Shown here piece by piece: positions 1-10,727 of a stretch of 64,000 bases of DNA (position 1 is its first letter; each line of letters opens with the position of its first letter). The DNA comes from Candidatus Binatia bacterium (lineage in GTDB: Bacteria; Desulfobacterota; Binatia; HRBIN30): contig JBBRSP010000006.1 of NCBI GenBank assembly GCA_038245295.1, positions 186,006 to 250,005 on the forward strand, given 5' to 3'. The position numbers and the translations under genes are program-made. Under the pieces are notes generated by a model that made no database searches, had not been told where the DNA came from, and saw only the letters and a list, made by a program, of their open reading frames with translations.

Positions 1-453
1 CAGGAGAAACCGGCTTTTGCCGCTGCCGGCGTCACCGCGGACGCGAAGGTATGGCAGCTCGTTGAACCGATCGTAGACCCACGTGAAGAGGATGTAGTAG
101 CTCGCGATCTGTTCATAGATCGGGCTCAGATCAACGTAGCGATGCAGAAACGCCTGGAGTTCGTGGATCAAGTCAGACTCTGCACCGTACTCCTCGGGCG
201 CAGACGGAAACATCACGACGCGATGTTTCACGAGGTTGTTGCTGGCGGCGTAGGGCACGAGAGTCTCGGAGGCACTGAGTTCAACGCGGGGCTGTTCGTG
301 CCACGTGCCGTCGTTCCACACGGCGAAGGACGTCGAGACCTTCTCAGGGTCGTAGACCATTTCCACGACTCGCCCATCGGCAAGCACCGCAGATACGGCC
401 GGGACGCCGCGCGAGGTGGTCGGCTCTTGTTTGTCAAGCTGCTTCTCGTCCAT
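1..453 (-). CDS. P-loop NTPase, probably a primase-associated helicase/ATPase; runs off the window edge
   Basis: Not in the ORF track; translated by hand from ATG at 453: MDEKQLDK...FTWVYDRFNELPYLRVRGDAGSGKSRFLL (Walker A GDAGSGKS). Overlaps the 3' end of the primase gene. Confidence 0.75.
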   Translation of the reverse strand, partial: MDEKQLDKQEPTTSRGVPAVSAVLADGRVVEMVYDPEKVSTSFAVWNDGTWHEQPRVELSASETLVPYAASNNLVKHRVVMFPSAPEEYGAESDLIHELQAFLHRYVDLSPIYEQIASYYILFTWVYDRFNELPYLRVRGDAGSGKSRFLL

Positions 454-1402
454 CGGTTTGAGAGTGAAGGTTTTCCAAAAACTCAAGCGCTTTCAGGAAC
501 GGTAACCGCTCGACGGCGATCACGAACGTGATCACGTCACCGTACCGGCCGCAGCCGTAGCAGCGGAACCGACCGGCCTCGGGGTACACCATGAGCGAGG
601 GGTAGTGGTCTTCGTGGAAGGGGCACCGGCCACGCAGACTCGCGCCGGACGGGCGCAGTTGGATGTAGCGCTCGATCAGATCGCCAATGGGAACCGCCGC
701 CTTTACGTCAGCAACGCGACGACTCACTTCGTTGAAGGGACGCGAAAGACCAGACGACGGTATCACCGGTAGGGTCACGGGAAGCACGGGTACCGGCGTC
801 GCTCGCTCAAGGAGCCCGAGAAAGTCTTCGCGCGTGTGTTGAAGTCGCACGAAGAAGTCGGTGATGTCACCGGCCGGACCCACCTCGTCGGGTAACTGGA
901 CGATTTTTGCATGTGGCAGGAATTGGCCGACGCGCAGCGCTCCAGCCCGGCCGGCGCCGTCGAGATCAAAGCAGAGGTAGATCTCCGGAATTGGTGCGAG
1001 ATCATCAACCCACTCGGTACGGAGGGTACCCGCGCCACCGGTCGACGTCACGGCCGCGAAGCCGTGCGACTCCAAGACCAGTCGATCGAACTCGCCTTCG
1101 CAAATGATGAGGCGGCACGGTTTCGCGAGCACACGCTCCCAACCGTAGAGTTCTACTGACCCGCCGCGCGACGTCAGCATTTTTGGATCGTCGTTGCTGC
1201 CTTCCGGATCCCTCGCCAGTTTGAAGCAAACCACTTCGTCCAAGCGGTTGCGGATCGGAATCGTAATGCGCCGACCGTTCCAACCGAGCTGATGGAGTGT
1301 GATCACCTCGTCCGCGATACCGCGCGCCACAAGATACGTGCGAATGCGGTCGGGCAGCGCTTCGTGGTACCGAATGGCTTGGGCGCGAAGGTCGTCATGC
1401 AT
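434..1402 (-). CDS. DNA primase, TOPRIM domain with C-terminal CHC2 zinc finger
   Basis: TOPRIM motifs IICEGEFD and CFDLDGAG; CPFHEDH...CYGC near the C-terminus. ORF is open to 1513; start at 1402 is my estimate. Confidence 0.85.
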   Translation of the reverse strand: MHDDLRAQAIRYHEALPDRIRTYLVARGIADEVITLHQLGWNGRRITIPIRNRLDEVVCFKLARDPEGSNDDPKMLTSRGGSVELYGWERVLAKPCRLIICEGEFDRLVLESHGFAAVTSTGGAGTLRTEWVDDLAPIPEIYLCFDLDGAGRAGALRVGQFLPHAKIVQLPDEVGPAGDITDFFVRLQHTREDFLGLLERATPVPVLPVTLPVIPSSGLSRPFNEVSRRVADVKAAVPIGDLIERYIQLRPSGASLRGRCPFHEDHYPSLMVYPEAGRFRCYGCGRYGDVITFVIAVERLPFLKALEFLENLHSQTDGREAA

Positions 1403-1683
1403 GATTCGCACGGTACGACAGTCTACTACGTGGCCGAAGGCGGCGCGGTATGGCGACAACGGCAAGTCGGCCAGTCTTCGGTGCATTGAGGACGACGCGT
1501 AGGATGGACGCATGTCTACTCGCTTGCCTTACATTTCACGTCTTGAAGCGTGTCTTGAACCCCCAATCCCTGAGCGCTCAGCCGGGGTGCGATCTGGTCA
1601 ACTTGCGCGAGTGGGTGGTACCCTGTGGGTACCCACGGGTGGCGGGCTAGCCTCCTCCCGGTGTTGCTCATCGACAACTTAAT

Positions 1684-1911
1684 ATGGCGGTTGAACGACG
1701 CGAACTGACTTCGCTCCGTCATCTCCTCACCCTAGGAGAGGTGGCGGAGTTTCTGCGCATCTCAAAAACCAGCGTCTATCGGCTCGTCGATCGGCGCGAA
1801 CTTTCCTGCTGCCGTGTCGGTCGCAGCCTCAGGTTCACGATCCACGATGTAGATACCTACTTGCGTAGTCAACGCATCGGACCAACTGCCGCTGATCAAG
1901 ACAACCTATGA
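1684..1911 (+). CDS. Excisionase-like HTH DNA-binding protein
   Basis: LLTLGEVAEFLRISKTSVYRLV...RVGRSLRF; ATGA overlap with the integrase. Confidence 0.85.
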   Translation: MAVERRELTSLRHLLTLGEVAEFLRISKTSVYRLVDRRELSCCRVGRSLRFTIHDVDTYLRSQRIGPTAADQDNL

Positions 1912-3095
1912 GCGCACGGAAAATAGGACACTCCTGGTGGGTGGATTTCCGACACGCTCACCAGAGAATTAGAAAACGAAGTCCAGACAACAGTCGCGCT
2001 GGCGCTGCGGTATTCGAGGCGACGCTGCGCGGTCGCTTGGCTCGCGGAGAACCGCTGTTTCCAGCGGTGCACCGACCCCAGCCAAAGCCGCGCTTCGAAG
2101 TGTTCGCCTGGCACTGGTACGACGTCTATGTGAAGACCAACAACAAGCCGTCCGAGCAGCGGACGAAGCGAATAGTCCTCCGAAGGCACCTCGTACCGTG
2201 TTTTGGGAAGTCCGCTCTCGACGCGATCACGGCGCTCCACATCGAGCAATTCAAGGCGTCGCAACTTAAGTCGGGCCTTGCCCCAAAGACTGTCAACAAC
2301 TCCCTAGCGATCCTTGGAAAATGCCTTCGAACCGCAGAAGAATGGGGCGAGGTTGTTCGCATGCCCAAGATCAAGCCGTTGCAGGTGCCGCCGCAGAAGT
2401 TCGACTTCCTGTCGGTCGAAGAAGCGAATCGGCTCATCCGCGCAGGGAACGATCCTCAGTGGCGAGCGATGGTCGTAGTCGCACTTCGAACCGGTCTCCG
2501 GCTCGGCGAGCTACTCGCGCTCGATTGGACAGATATCGATCTGGAAGCCTCGAGACTCACGGTACGGCGGTCGGTCTTCGGGAACCAGTTCGTTTCGCCG
2601 AAGAGCAACCGCATCCGGCACATTCCGCTCACAGATCAGACGCTACGGGTGCTCTGCGCGATCAAACAACCGGCCGGTCTTGTTTTCAAGCGCCGCGGTC
2701 CCGGACCTCTGAATCGTAAGACCCCAGCAAGAGTGATTTCGCTCCTTTGCACCGCAGCGGGCATTCGCCAAATCGGATGGCACGTCCTCCGACATACATT
2801 CGCCAGTCACCTGGCGATGGGCGGCGTTAGCATGAAGGCAATTCAGGAACTGCTTGGCCATTCAGACATTCGAACGACGATGCGCTACGCCCATCTGACT
2901 CCATCGATACTGCAGGACGCAGTGCGCGTTCTCGAGTCCGAGCCGACGCCAGCGGACACGCTTGTTGGGCAACCGGCGGGCAACGCTTTTGTAGCCGCCG
3001 TGGAGGACAAACAAAAACACCCCAGTATACGGGGCGTTTCTGCGGAATTTGTTGGCTCGGGAGGTGGGATTCGAAACGCCGGGCACGACGTTTGA
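1908..3095 (+). CDS. Tyrosine recombinase / phage-type integrase
   Basis: Catalytic set R (TGLRLGEL), K (SPKS), HxxR (HVLRH), H (LGH), Y (TMRY); N-terminal SAM-like region. Confidence 0.95.
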   Translation: MSARKIGHSWWVDFRHAHQRIRKRSPDNSRAGAAVFEATLRGRLARGEPLFPAVHRPQPKPRFEVFAWHWYDVYVKTNNKPSEQRTKRIVLRRHLVPCFGKSALDAITALHIEQFKASQLKSGLAPKTVNNSLAILGKCLRTAEEWGEVVRMPKIKPLQVPPQKFDFLSVEEANRLIRAGNDPQWRAMVVVALRTGLRLGELLALDWTDIDLEASRLTVRRSVFGNQFVSPKSNRIRHIPLTDQTLRVLCAIKQPAGLVFKRRGPGPLNRKTPARVISLLCTAAGIRQIGWHVLRHTFASHLAMGGVSMKAIQELLGHSDIRTTMRYAHLTPSILQDAVRVLESEPTPADTLVGQPAGNAFVAAVEDKQKHPSIRGVSAEFVGSGGGIRNAGHDV

Positions 3096-3214
3096 GAAGT
3101 ACTGCAAATCAACAACTATCGCGGTACGACATAGGTGATCATCATTTGCAGTGATCTGCACATGGAACACCCTGTCGCCACCATTTGTCACCTCGTGGGC
3201 AACAGATGGGCAAC
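2967..3214. other. attP-like site: tRNA 3'-end core flanked by paired arm-type repeats
   Basis: 3053-3075 reads TTCGAATCCCACCTCCCGAGCCA on the minus strand (T-loop to CCA). GGGCAAC direct repeats at 2967/2978 and 3197/3208, both pairs 11 bp apart. Confidence 0.65.
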
Positions 3215-3287
3215 ACATCTGGGAGGGTGACGAATGCGGAATGCAAAGGGCGGAGCTACGGCTCCGTTCTTTGCATTCCGCGACGGA

Positions 3288-6275
3288 TTACGAGTGCTCG
3301 CCCGCTGAGGCGTCACCAATTGCTTGCCCCCAACGAAGACGGTATCGGCGTTCGCGTTCCAGAAATGCACGCTCACCACCTTCGAGGATATCGCAAACAA
3401 GCCGGCGAATTGTCGGGTGCTCCAGCGATCCGCTTCGATACGACATCGTTGGCAGGCCACCTGTTGGACTGGACGTGACCGCCGCAACGATCACTTGGTC
3501 GACGTCGGCGTTGACGACAAGGTTCGCGTTGTGGGTGACGATGATCACCTGTCGCCGCTTCCGAGCTTGGCGAAAGTGGGGCACCAACTCCCGGAACACG
3601 GAGTTCGGATCAAGGTTTTCTTCGGGTTGGTCGATGATCAATGGGCGTCGATCATGATGGTCGACCGCCAAATACAGAAGCAGGAGAACGATTCCGCGCG
3701 TTCCGGGCGATAGTTGCTCAATCGGCACACCGTCGTATTCAATACTGTAGCGAACTCGCAGATGATGGGTTCCGTAGAGCCATGCCCCGACTTGCTGGTT
3801 CCATCGAGGGCGGTTCTCGGTTGCAATAGTGCCGGGTCTGCCGGCAACGATGTCCTTACCGAAGTGCTCCCGAAAACCTTCTATCGCGCGCGCAACCTCT
3901 TCAGACGTGCCGCCCCGCCACGGTTTGAGCAGGTACATTTGTGCATGATTGGCGAGGGAACCTTGTCCTCGGAACTCTCCGGCATTTCGGAGGTCGAGCA
4001 ACTGTTCTCCCTCCGATGCCCACGAGACGATATCAACTGAGCGCTGGACGACGAACTTGAGCTTGCTTAGTGCACCCGTGGATTGATGAAAGGAGGCCGC
4101 CAGCGGGAGATAGAGGGTACGCAGCGCCTCCTCTTCTTCGACAAATGTGTCGACGACGCTGGTATACGTCTCCTTCCGTAGATCCAGTAGGGTTCGACGC
4201 CGCATGTCCGCCCCTTCGGCATGTTTAATCTCCTCGTGCAGCCGACCAAGCTTGAGATCGTTCTCGTTCACAGCTCGTTGGAGGATGTCGAAGGTTCTCT
4301 GCTTCCCAGCGTCGGCGCCTACGTCTTTCTTGAGCTGATCTCGATGTCGGCGGAGGACGATCACCGGCCAGTCTACCGTCGGTGGCAGTGTCTCGTTGAC
4401 GACGAGACCAGGCTTGCCATTGATCAGGGAATCAATGGTTTGATCAAGTTCTTGTAGTTTCTTCGTAAGCAAAGCCGCCACGTCACCCTTGAACACCATC
4501 TGAAACAAGTCCCAATCGGCCAACTCAAGACCGGCCGCGTTGAACCGACGTCGCATCTCCGACACTCGCGACGGCTCGTTCGCAAGAATGCGTTGCGTTT
4601 CTGCACGAAGGTCGTCCGCTGACTTCCTTCGTAGCCGCAAGTTCTCCACCTGCGCTTCCGCGGCTCGACATACTGTCTCGACGCGGGACAGCTCTCGGCC
4701 TCGCTCCTGCATTCCCTTTGGGAGGATCTGGCCTAGTTGTTTGCGGTCACTCTCCAGCTGCTTCTCCAAAACGACACATGCCTTCTTCTGGTCCGGTAAC
4801 CGGTCCTTCAGCGACTCCTCACGGGCAACCTCATCGGAGATCCTGTCAATTGCTTTCTGGAGTTCACCGCGTCGCTCCCTGATAGGATTGACCGCGGTGT
4901 CGACGAGTTGATCAAACGACTCCGCTTCTAGACGGTCCGTAGGATCAGTCTCCAAGAAGACGAGTCGTTCCATTTCCTTCCGAAGCTCACTCGCCAGACC
5001 GGCCGAGGAGCACAGTTCCTCTACAAAGTGTTGCGACAAATACCGCGCGTTTTCGTCTTGGAGATCGTCGGTCTGCCAGGGAGGACCCAACGCTTTGGCC
5101 GCCGATGTCTCTCCGGAATACCACGTCAGTTGTACCTGTTCCTCGAGGAGTTGCTCTGCTGCGCGGTACAAGAACGACGACGCACCGGGTGAGTTCGTCA
5201 TGGCACCGGCGCCGACGGCGATGATATCCGCGAGGGCTGTCTTCCCCGATCCACGAGGGCCGATGATCGCGATCATTCCTTGGTTGAGATCAAGTGACTT
5301 GTTTTCGATCCATGGAGCACCGAAAATTTCCACGCGTGAAATGCATGACGAAGACGGCGGTGGAGTCGGCGGCTCTGCCCCTATCCAGACACGTTCCTCG
5401 GGCTCAAGAACCGCTTGACGCAACGCCTCGAAGGACAGGTCTCCCTTGATCCAGCAAAACCGATCTTGAGCTGGAGCAGCAACCAGGTCGAGTCGATGGG
5501 CGTCCGACCCATGGAGACACGGCTTCAGGCTTCCGAAGGTTTCCTCGATCCAGGCAGGAGGACTTCCCTCCTTCTGGCCGAGCCAAAACGTTCGCTCGCT
5601 CGGAGTCCCGGCAAAGATGACGTGCGCGGTACGTAGGATCTCCTGGCGAAACGAGGCGAACGAATCGTCATGTTGAATGCCAGCCGTTCCATCAGTGGAA
5701 CTCGCGCAGGCAGCGATCAAGCAGTTTTGCTGTAGCCAGTCGTCGCTTCGGAAGACTTGTTTTAGCTGCGCCAGCGAGACCTTGAATTGATTCGCGCCTT
5801 CACTCACGGCCGTCGCCCCGCTCACTCCTGGAATGTGTTTCTTGCCAAGTCTTGCCAGATCATCTCGAACGCAGGCGAAGGTTTCGCCGTCAACTTCAAT
5901 GGTGAATCGACGAAGAGTGCGTTCGATACGCTCTTCGTGGTCGGAATCGAATGGTGAGAAGAGGAGATGGAGGTTGATGCCTGGTCCCTTCTCAGTTTTC
6001 ACATCTAAGCGAACTTCGACGTTCGGGAAGAGAAGCTGAATGCCTGGCAATCGGCCTTCCGCTTTGCGCCGTCGGACTTCACGGTAGGTCTGGATTCCGA
6101 AGTAGTCCGTCACTCCGAGAGCGCTGATCAGCGGCGATGCATTCTCTAGTGCTTGTAGGTATCCTTCCCAATCGCCCCCGAACTCGTCGTTCAAAAGAGT
6201 GCCTGGCGCATGTATATGCGGATCCCAGCGGCGCCATTCGGAGCCGCGCGAGGTTTCAAGGTCGGGATGGTTCAT
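3288..6275 (-). CDS. PHP-domain phosphoesterase fused to SMC-like ABC ATPase (TrlF/Ppl-like), putative defence protein
   Basis: GSEWRRWDPHIH, TDY, HGSDAH; Walker A GPRGSGKT, long coiled coil, LSPG signature, IIDQPE, VTHN. Confidence 0.85.
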   Translation of the reverse strand: MNHPDLETSRGSEWRRWDPHIHAPGTLLNDEFGGDWEGYLQALENASPLISALGVTDYFGIQTYREVRRRKAEGRLPGIQLLFPNVEVRLDVKTEKGPGINLHLLFSPFDSDHEERIERTLRRFTIEVDGETFACVRDDLARLGKKHIPGVSGATAVSEGANQFKVSLAQLKQVFRSDDWLQQNCLIAACASSTDGTAGIQHDDSFASFRQEILRTAHVIFAGTPSERTFWLGQKEGSPPAWIEETFGSLKPCLHGSDAHRLDLVAAPAQDRFCWIKGDLSFEALRQAVLEPEERVWIGAEPPTPPPSSSCISRVEIFGAPWIENKSLDLNQGMIAIIGPRGSGKTALADIIAVGAGAMTNSPGASSFLYRAAEQLLEEQVQLTWYSGETSAAKALGPPWQTDDLQDENARYLSQHFVEELCSSAGLASELRKEMERLVFLETDPTDRLEAESFDQLVDTAVNPIRERRGELQKAIDRISDEVAREESLKDRLPDQKKACVVLEKQLESDRKQLGQILPKGMQERGRELSRVETVCRAAEAQVENLRLRRKSADDLRAETQRILANEPSRVSEMRRRFNAAGLELADWDLFQMVFKGDVAALLTKKLQELDQTIDSLINGKPGLVVNETLPPTVDWPVIVLRRHRDQLKKDVGADAGKQRTFDILQRAVNENDLKLGRLHEEIKHAEGADMRRRTLLDLRKETYTSVVDTFVEEEEALRTLYLPLAASFHQSTGALSKLKFVVQRSVDIVSWASEGEQLLDLRNAGEFRGQGSLANHAQMYLLKPWRGGTSEEVARAIEGFREHFGKDIVAGRPGTIATENRPRWNQQVGAWLYGTHHLRVRYSIEYDGVPIEQLSPGTRGIVLLLLYLAVDHHDRRPLIIDQPEENLDPNSVFRELVPHFRQARKRRQVIIVTHNANLVVNADVDQVIVAAVTSSPTGGLPTMSYRSGSLEHPTIRRLVCDILEGGERAFLERERRYRLRWGQAIGDASAGEHS

Positions 6276-6735
6276 AATTGTGAGAGGTTGGTGACCGAAG
6301 CCCCGGTCTTCAGAAGTTTAGCGCTCATCTTTATTTCCCCCTGCGTGGTATTTCACACCTTTGAGCGCACTTCGTAAAGCGTTCTGGGGCAATCTCTCGA
6401 ATCGGCAGCGGCCAGGGACTCTTGATGGTGATCGCATAGTCGGCAGTCCCGCATTGGCAACTGCCGCAAAGTCTCACCACCTGCCAAAAGATCAGCGCAT
6501 AAAGCGATCTGTCGAGATCCAACGGTCCTTCTCACTGATCTCGCCTCGAGCGCCGAACCAGTCGAGTACCGTACTGATGAGATCCGCAGCGACAGTGGGC
6601 ATCCATTGCACGACGACGTCGAGCGTTTGCCGTAAGCGGATTCCGGATCAGCCCCTGCGTGAAAGGATCAGCGATCCTCGCTTCGCAGATTTTAACGAAG
6701 GCGCTAGGTGGGACTCGGTAGGAGGTGGCGTTTGC

Positions 6736-7401
6736 GTGGCAATGACTATTGAAGATGTCGAGCAACGTGCCGGTCGCGTTCTCAACGCGCAACTCCGAAA
6801 CCCGAATCGCGATGTTCAGGACGCGATGTTTCGCGTGCTATGCGCCAGAGTCGTAAAATTTGGCAACGCTGCCAGCATGCTGCGATCAGCGGGATATGCT
6901 GAGCCAGCAATGGTAATGTTGCGATGCATTTACGAGACCTATCTGTGGACTCGTTGGATTCTGATAGATCCGAAAAACGCGCAGCAATATTGGGATATCG
7001 GCAAGCGAGAAGCGGCCCGATTAACTGGAAAAATGGTTGGACAATACGAGATCAAGATCCGTGACTTTCCAAAGGACTCGCACGTACGCCAGGCCTATAG
7101 TGACCGCCAGGCGAAGAGTATCGACCTTCCTGATCCATCGCGCCTAGCTGCAACTGTGGGGGTGCAGCGCCTTCACGACGCCGTCTATCCGCTTCTCTCG
7201 TGGATGACACATGGGAACATTCTTTCGCTCGGCGAAGGCATGCTTGCGTCGACGAACGGCCAGTCTGTTCCGACGGGGGCAAGCGAGCTGAACGTCATGT
7301 TGTTCGACGTCATGGCGGCAAGAGTCGGTGAGGCATGCGTCGAAATCCTCGAGACCTGGTCCGAACGCCACGAGGTTGCACCGCCGTTCATTTGGAAATG
7401 A
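6736..7401 (+). CDS. DUF5677-like alpha-helical protein
   Basis: RxxxE (LRCIYE) and YxxLSxxxH (YPLLSWMTHG); GGAGGT at 6721 supports a start near 6736-6742 rather than 6361. Confidence 0.55.
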   Translation: MAMTIEDVEQRAGRVLNAQLRNPNRDVQDAMFRVLCARVVKFGNAASMLRSAGYAEPAMVMLRCIYETYLWTRWILIDPKNAQQYWDIGKREAARLTGKMVGQYEIKIRDFPKDSHVRQAYSDRQAKSIDLPDPSRLAATVGVQRLHDAVYPLLSWMTHGNILSLGEGMLASTNGQSVPTGASELNVMLFDVMAARVGEACVEILETWSERHEVAPPFIWK

Positions 7402-7739
7402 GCGCAAGTCGATCTAGCTGCACCGGGCGATCAGCTGACGTGGGGCACCCTGAACGGGGTGGTTACTGAAGCCCGACACTAGGTTCCGAACACGAAGTCT
7501 GTAGCCAACTCTGGGTCCAACGGCTCGACCGAAGCGCACAACTCTCCATACAGCGCCTCCCAGAGATCGCGCTCGCGACCCACCGCAGGTCGATCAAGCA
7601 CGCGGCCCAACAGGCACCGAACTCAACCATGACCGTTGGACTGCAGAACTCCTTGAAATGCTCAACCTCATAGCGCCCCGGCATTGGCCCGTTCCACGTG
7701 ACTGGGCGGAAATCCTCCTGCGTCACCGGAATCCGATAC

Positions 7740-10625
7740 TCACCCTCGAACTCCGGTGGGGTTACCGCAACTTAGAGATCGGTCGACAGCCCGATCCGCG
7801 CGATCTGGAGGGCGGTTTCCTTGTCGCGCCAATTCGCAGCCGTTCAGCGCGTTGTTTACCGCCGCAATGATCTCGTTGATCGTGATGTCGCCCGACCCAT
7901 CAATGTCGCCGGCAGCGCAGGCGGAGACATTCGCGTTTCCGAGAGCAATGTTGACCATCGTGATGATGTCGTTCACCGTGACGTCGCCCTCCTGGTCGCA
8001 GTTGCCCGCGCACGAGATTGGCGTGCGGGTTGGACTCGGAGAACCGGTCGCGGTGGGCGTAGGGATTCTTGACGGTGACGCTGTCGCGGTGGCAGTCGGC
8101 GTTCCGGTCGCGGACGCACTGGGCGTAGGCGTGGCGGTATAGGTCGGGGTGATCGTCGCCGTTGCCGTTGGTATCGCCGTCGGTGTCTGCGTACCGGTCG
8201 CCGTGGGCGAGGTCGTTAGCGTTGCGGTCCCAGTCACCGTTGGTGTTGGTGTCGCGGTGAACGTCGCTGAGGGCGTGGCGGTAAGCGTCTGAGTTGGTGT
8301 CGCCGTAGCAGTAGCTGTTGGCGTCTGGCTCGGCGTCGCGGTACGCGTCCCCGTAGAGCTCGCCGTTACCGATGGCGTCGCGGTGAACGTTTGCGTCAAT
8401 GTTGCGCTGAGTGTCGGCGTCGAACTCGGCGTAGCCGTTACCGTCGGTGTGTTGGATCTCGTTCCTGTTGGCGTTGGCGTGCCGGTCGGTGTGGACGTAG
8501 CTGTAACGGTGGCGGTCGATGTGTTCGATGGCGTAGCCGTGAATGTGCGTGTCGGCGTGGGAGTCTGGGTTGCTGTCCGCGTGGCGGTTGGCGTTGCGAC
8601 CACCCCGAACGAGCTGACAGCGCTCTGCGTCTTGCGTCCCGCAACGTCGACCGCCTTCACAAACCACGTATGGGGACCAATGGTCAGCGGCACCAAGGGA
8701 ACAAAGGCCGTCTGCAACACCGCGACGATGCACGGCGCACATTGGCCACCGGCGCCGCTGTCGATCCAGACTTCGTAGTTGGCAAGGCCGCTGCCGACAT
8801 CGCTCGACGCCAACCACGAGAAAGTGGGGAGAGACCCGGTGATGGTTGCCTGATCGGGCGGACTGACGAGCATGAAGGACGTTGGCGGTTGGGTGTCGAC
8901 GTAGAACGTGAACGTTTCGAGCGAACGCGCTGTGTTGCCCACTTTGTCGAACGCCTCAATATACCACTGGTACGCGCCATCGGTGAGAGCCGATGGCGGC
9001 GTGGTGCAGGTACTCGATACAGTAATGTTGTCCCGGATGAGCGTGCCACCAAAGTAGAGGCGGTAGCCGACCACTCCAGAGACAGCATCCGTGGCGCCCG
9101 TCCAGCAAATCTGTGGCGTCAGACTCGACACAATCGCGCCATCGGCGGTACCAGGACTGAGACCGTTGAGGCGCAGGCCGGTGGGGGCGGTCGTATCGAC
9201 TAGAAACGAAAACAGGTTGGTGCTGCTCGAATTGCCAGCTTGGTCGGTTGCGAGCACGGACCAATGGTGCAGTCCGTCGGCAAGCTTCATCGGAAACGTA
9301 AAGCTCGACGCCGCGAGCCCGGGATCAAAGACAGGGAAGGAATCGAGGTACACTCCTTGGCGGGCAAGGCCGCTCTCGGTGTCAGACGCGATCTGCCACT
9401 GGACGGTTGGCATTTGGTTTGTGATGTAAGACCCATGTGCGGGCGCCGGACTAAACGCCGGGAAGACCGGTGCGGTCGAATCGATGCGCACGGTACGGGC
9501 CGGCGCTGTGGCGCTGTTGCCAACTTTATCCACCGCAGAGGCAGACCAGGTATGCGTGCCGTTCGTCAGGGCCGAGAAAACGCCGAAAGTGAACGAGGAG
9601 GCATTCGTCTCCGCTGCCGGTACGGTTGTTCGAACCTGTCCATCGATTGTCAGGTCGTAGTGATCCAATCCGGACGGTGAGGGGCTGGCTCCGTCGCTCG
9701 TCGGTGCCCACTGGAAGCTAAACGCAGAGTTCCCGGATTTCCATGCCAGGTCGTCGGGAGCCGTCAGTGCAAAAGGCGCGGGCGGCGTGGCGTCAACGTT
9801 CACGGTGAACGTATTGGGAGACTGCGTACACGTCCCGAGTGAATCACAGGCTTGGATCGTCCAGGCATGCACCCCTTCGCTCAATTGTTCGGAGACGGTG
9901 AGCGTATAGCTTTGAATCGTTGGCGGGATGTTGTTCTTCTGCACCGCTCCATCTACTCGAAGGACATACTTGGCCACCGAGAAATCTGAAGGAGGCTCCG
10001 CCCAGATGAACGTGCAGGACCGCCTGCAGAATCCGTTCTGGACGGGTTGGATCAAATCGAGGGGCGGCGACGTGTTCAAGAAGCTGGTGAAGTACGTGTT
10101 CATGTAGGACCCGCCCGAGCCATTTTCGACCGCCACCGCGATCAGATTCGTTTCACCCGGAATGAGATCCGCACTGATGTCGAGATTGATCCGAGAACCG
10201 GAACAACCTCCGGTGTTGCCAACGCATCCAAAACCGAAGCAATTGCCGCCCCAGTGCCCTTTGTAGGCGTTGTTCACGTAAACATCGATCCCGTCGTCGC
10301 TGTCGAAAGAGATTGTCGCATTGGCCAGGCCGCCGGGGACAAATGTCCCGCGGTAGAAGCGCGTCCGGCTTCCCGGAATGTCGTTGTGGGCAGGAAGCGA
10401 GATTGCGCTCCACGACGAGTCGTCGAAGGCGGGATGGTACCAAGCGTTGCCGGCGCCATCGGTTGGTCCACTGCAGCTGGTGCTGATGGGTGAAGCACGC
10501 CAAATAATCGTTGGCGCGGCCATCGTCGGATTGCAGAGAGGTCCGACACACAAGCCAGCGACTGCGGTCGCGACAACCGACCAGAAGAACAACCGATGAA
10601 GAAGAACCCGGGCAACTCTCGTCAT
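7740..10625 (-). CDS. Secreted surface protein: galactose-binding-like domain, Ig-like repeats, Thr/Pro linker, C-terminal dockerin-like domain
   Basis: Signal peptide; FDDSSW...[10 protein letters not shown]; repeated D(A/S/T)(T/Q)(P/A)P Ig-like units; long TATPT linker; [16 protein letters not shown]...[25 protein letters not shown]. Confidence 0.85.
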   Translation of the reverse strand: MTRVARVLLHRLFFWSVVATAVAGLCVGPLCNPTMAAPTIIWRASPISTSCSGPTDGAGNAWYHPAFDDSSWSAISLPAHNDIPGSRTRFYRGTFVPGGLANATISFDSDDGIDVYVNNAYKGHWGGNCFGFGCVGNTGGCSGSRINLDISADLIPGETNLIAVAVENGSGGSYMNTYFTSFLNTSPPLDLIQPVQNGFCRRSCTFIWAEPPSDFSVAKYVLRVDGAVQKNNIPPTIQSYTLTVSEQLSEGVHAWTIQACDSLGTCTQSPNTFTVNVDATPPAPFALTAPDDLAWKSGNSAFSFQWAPTSDGASPSPSGLDHYDLTIDGQVRTTVPAAETNASSFTFGVFSALTNGTHTWSASAVDKVGNSATAPARTVRIDSTAPVFPAFSPAPAHGSYITNQMPTVQWQIASDTESGLARQGVYLDSFPVFDPGLAASSFTFPMKLADGLHHWSVLATDQAGNSSSTNLFSFLVDTTAPTGLRLNGLSPGTADGAIVSSLTPQICWTGATDAVSGVVGYRLYFGGTLIRDNITVSSTCTTPPSALTDGAYQWYIEAFDKVGNTARSLETFTFYVDTQPPTSFMLVSPPDQATITGSLPTFSWLASSDVGSGLANYEVWIDSGAGGQCAPCIVAVLQTAFVPLVPLTIGPHTWFVKAVDVAGRKTQSAVSSFGVVATPTATRTATQTPTPTRTFTATPSNTSTATVTATSTPTGTPTPTGTRSNTPTVTATPSSTPTLSATLTQTFTATPSVTASSTGTRTATPSQTPTATATATPTQTLTATPSATFTATPTPTVTGTATLTTSPTATGTQTPTAIPTATATITPTYTATPTPSASATGTPTATATASPSRIPTPTATGSPSPTRTPISCAGNCDQEGDVTVNDIITMVNIALGNANVSACAAGDIDGSGDITINEIIAAVNNALNGCELARQGNRPPDRADRAVDRSLSCGNPTGVRG

Positions 10626-10727
10626 TTGCTCCCCCTAAACTGTGCTCGCTCGTGTCATTCACCGCAGTGACCAAGCCCGAGACGCCGAGCTTCTACACAT
10701 GTGTAGAAGCAAATCAAGCACTCTAGA

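Noticed and set aside
3053..3075. tRNA gene
   Set aside because: Only the T-loop to CCA part is present; treated as an att core.
8020..8600. Repetitive tract resembling an array
   Set aside because: It is the coding Thr/Pro linker of the secreted protein; the + strand V/G/A-rich ORFs are its antisense shadows.
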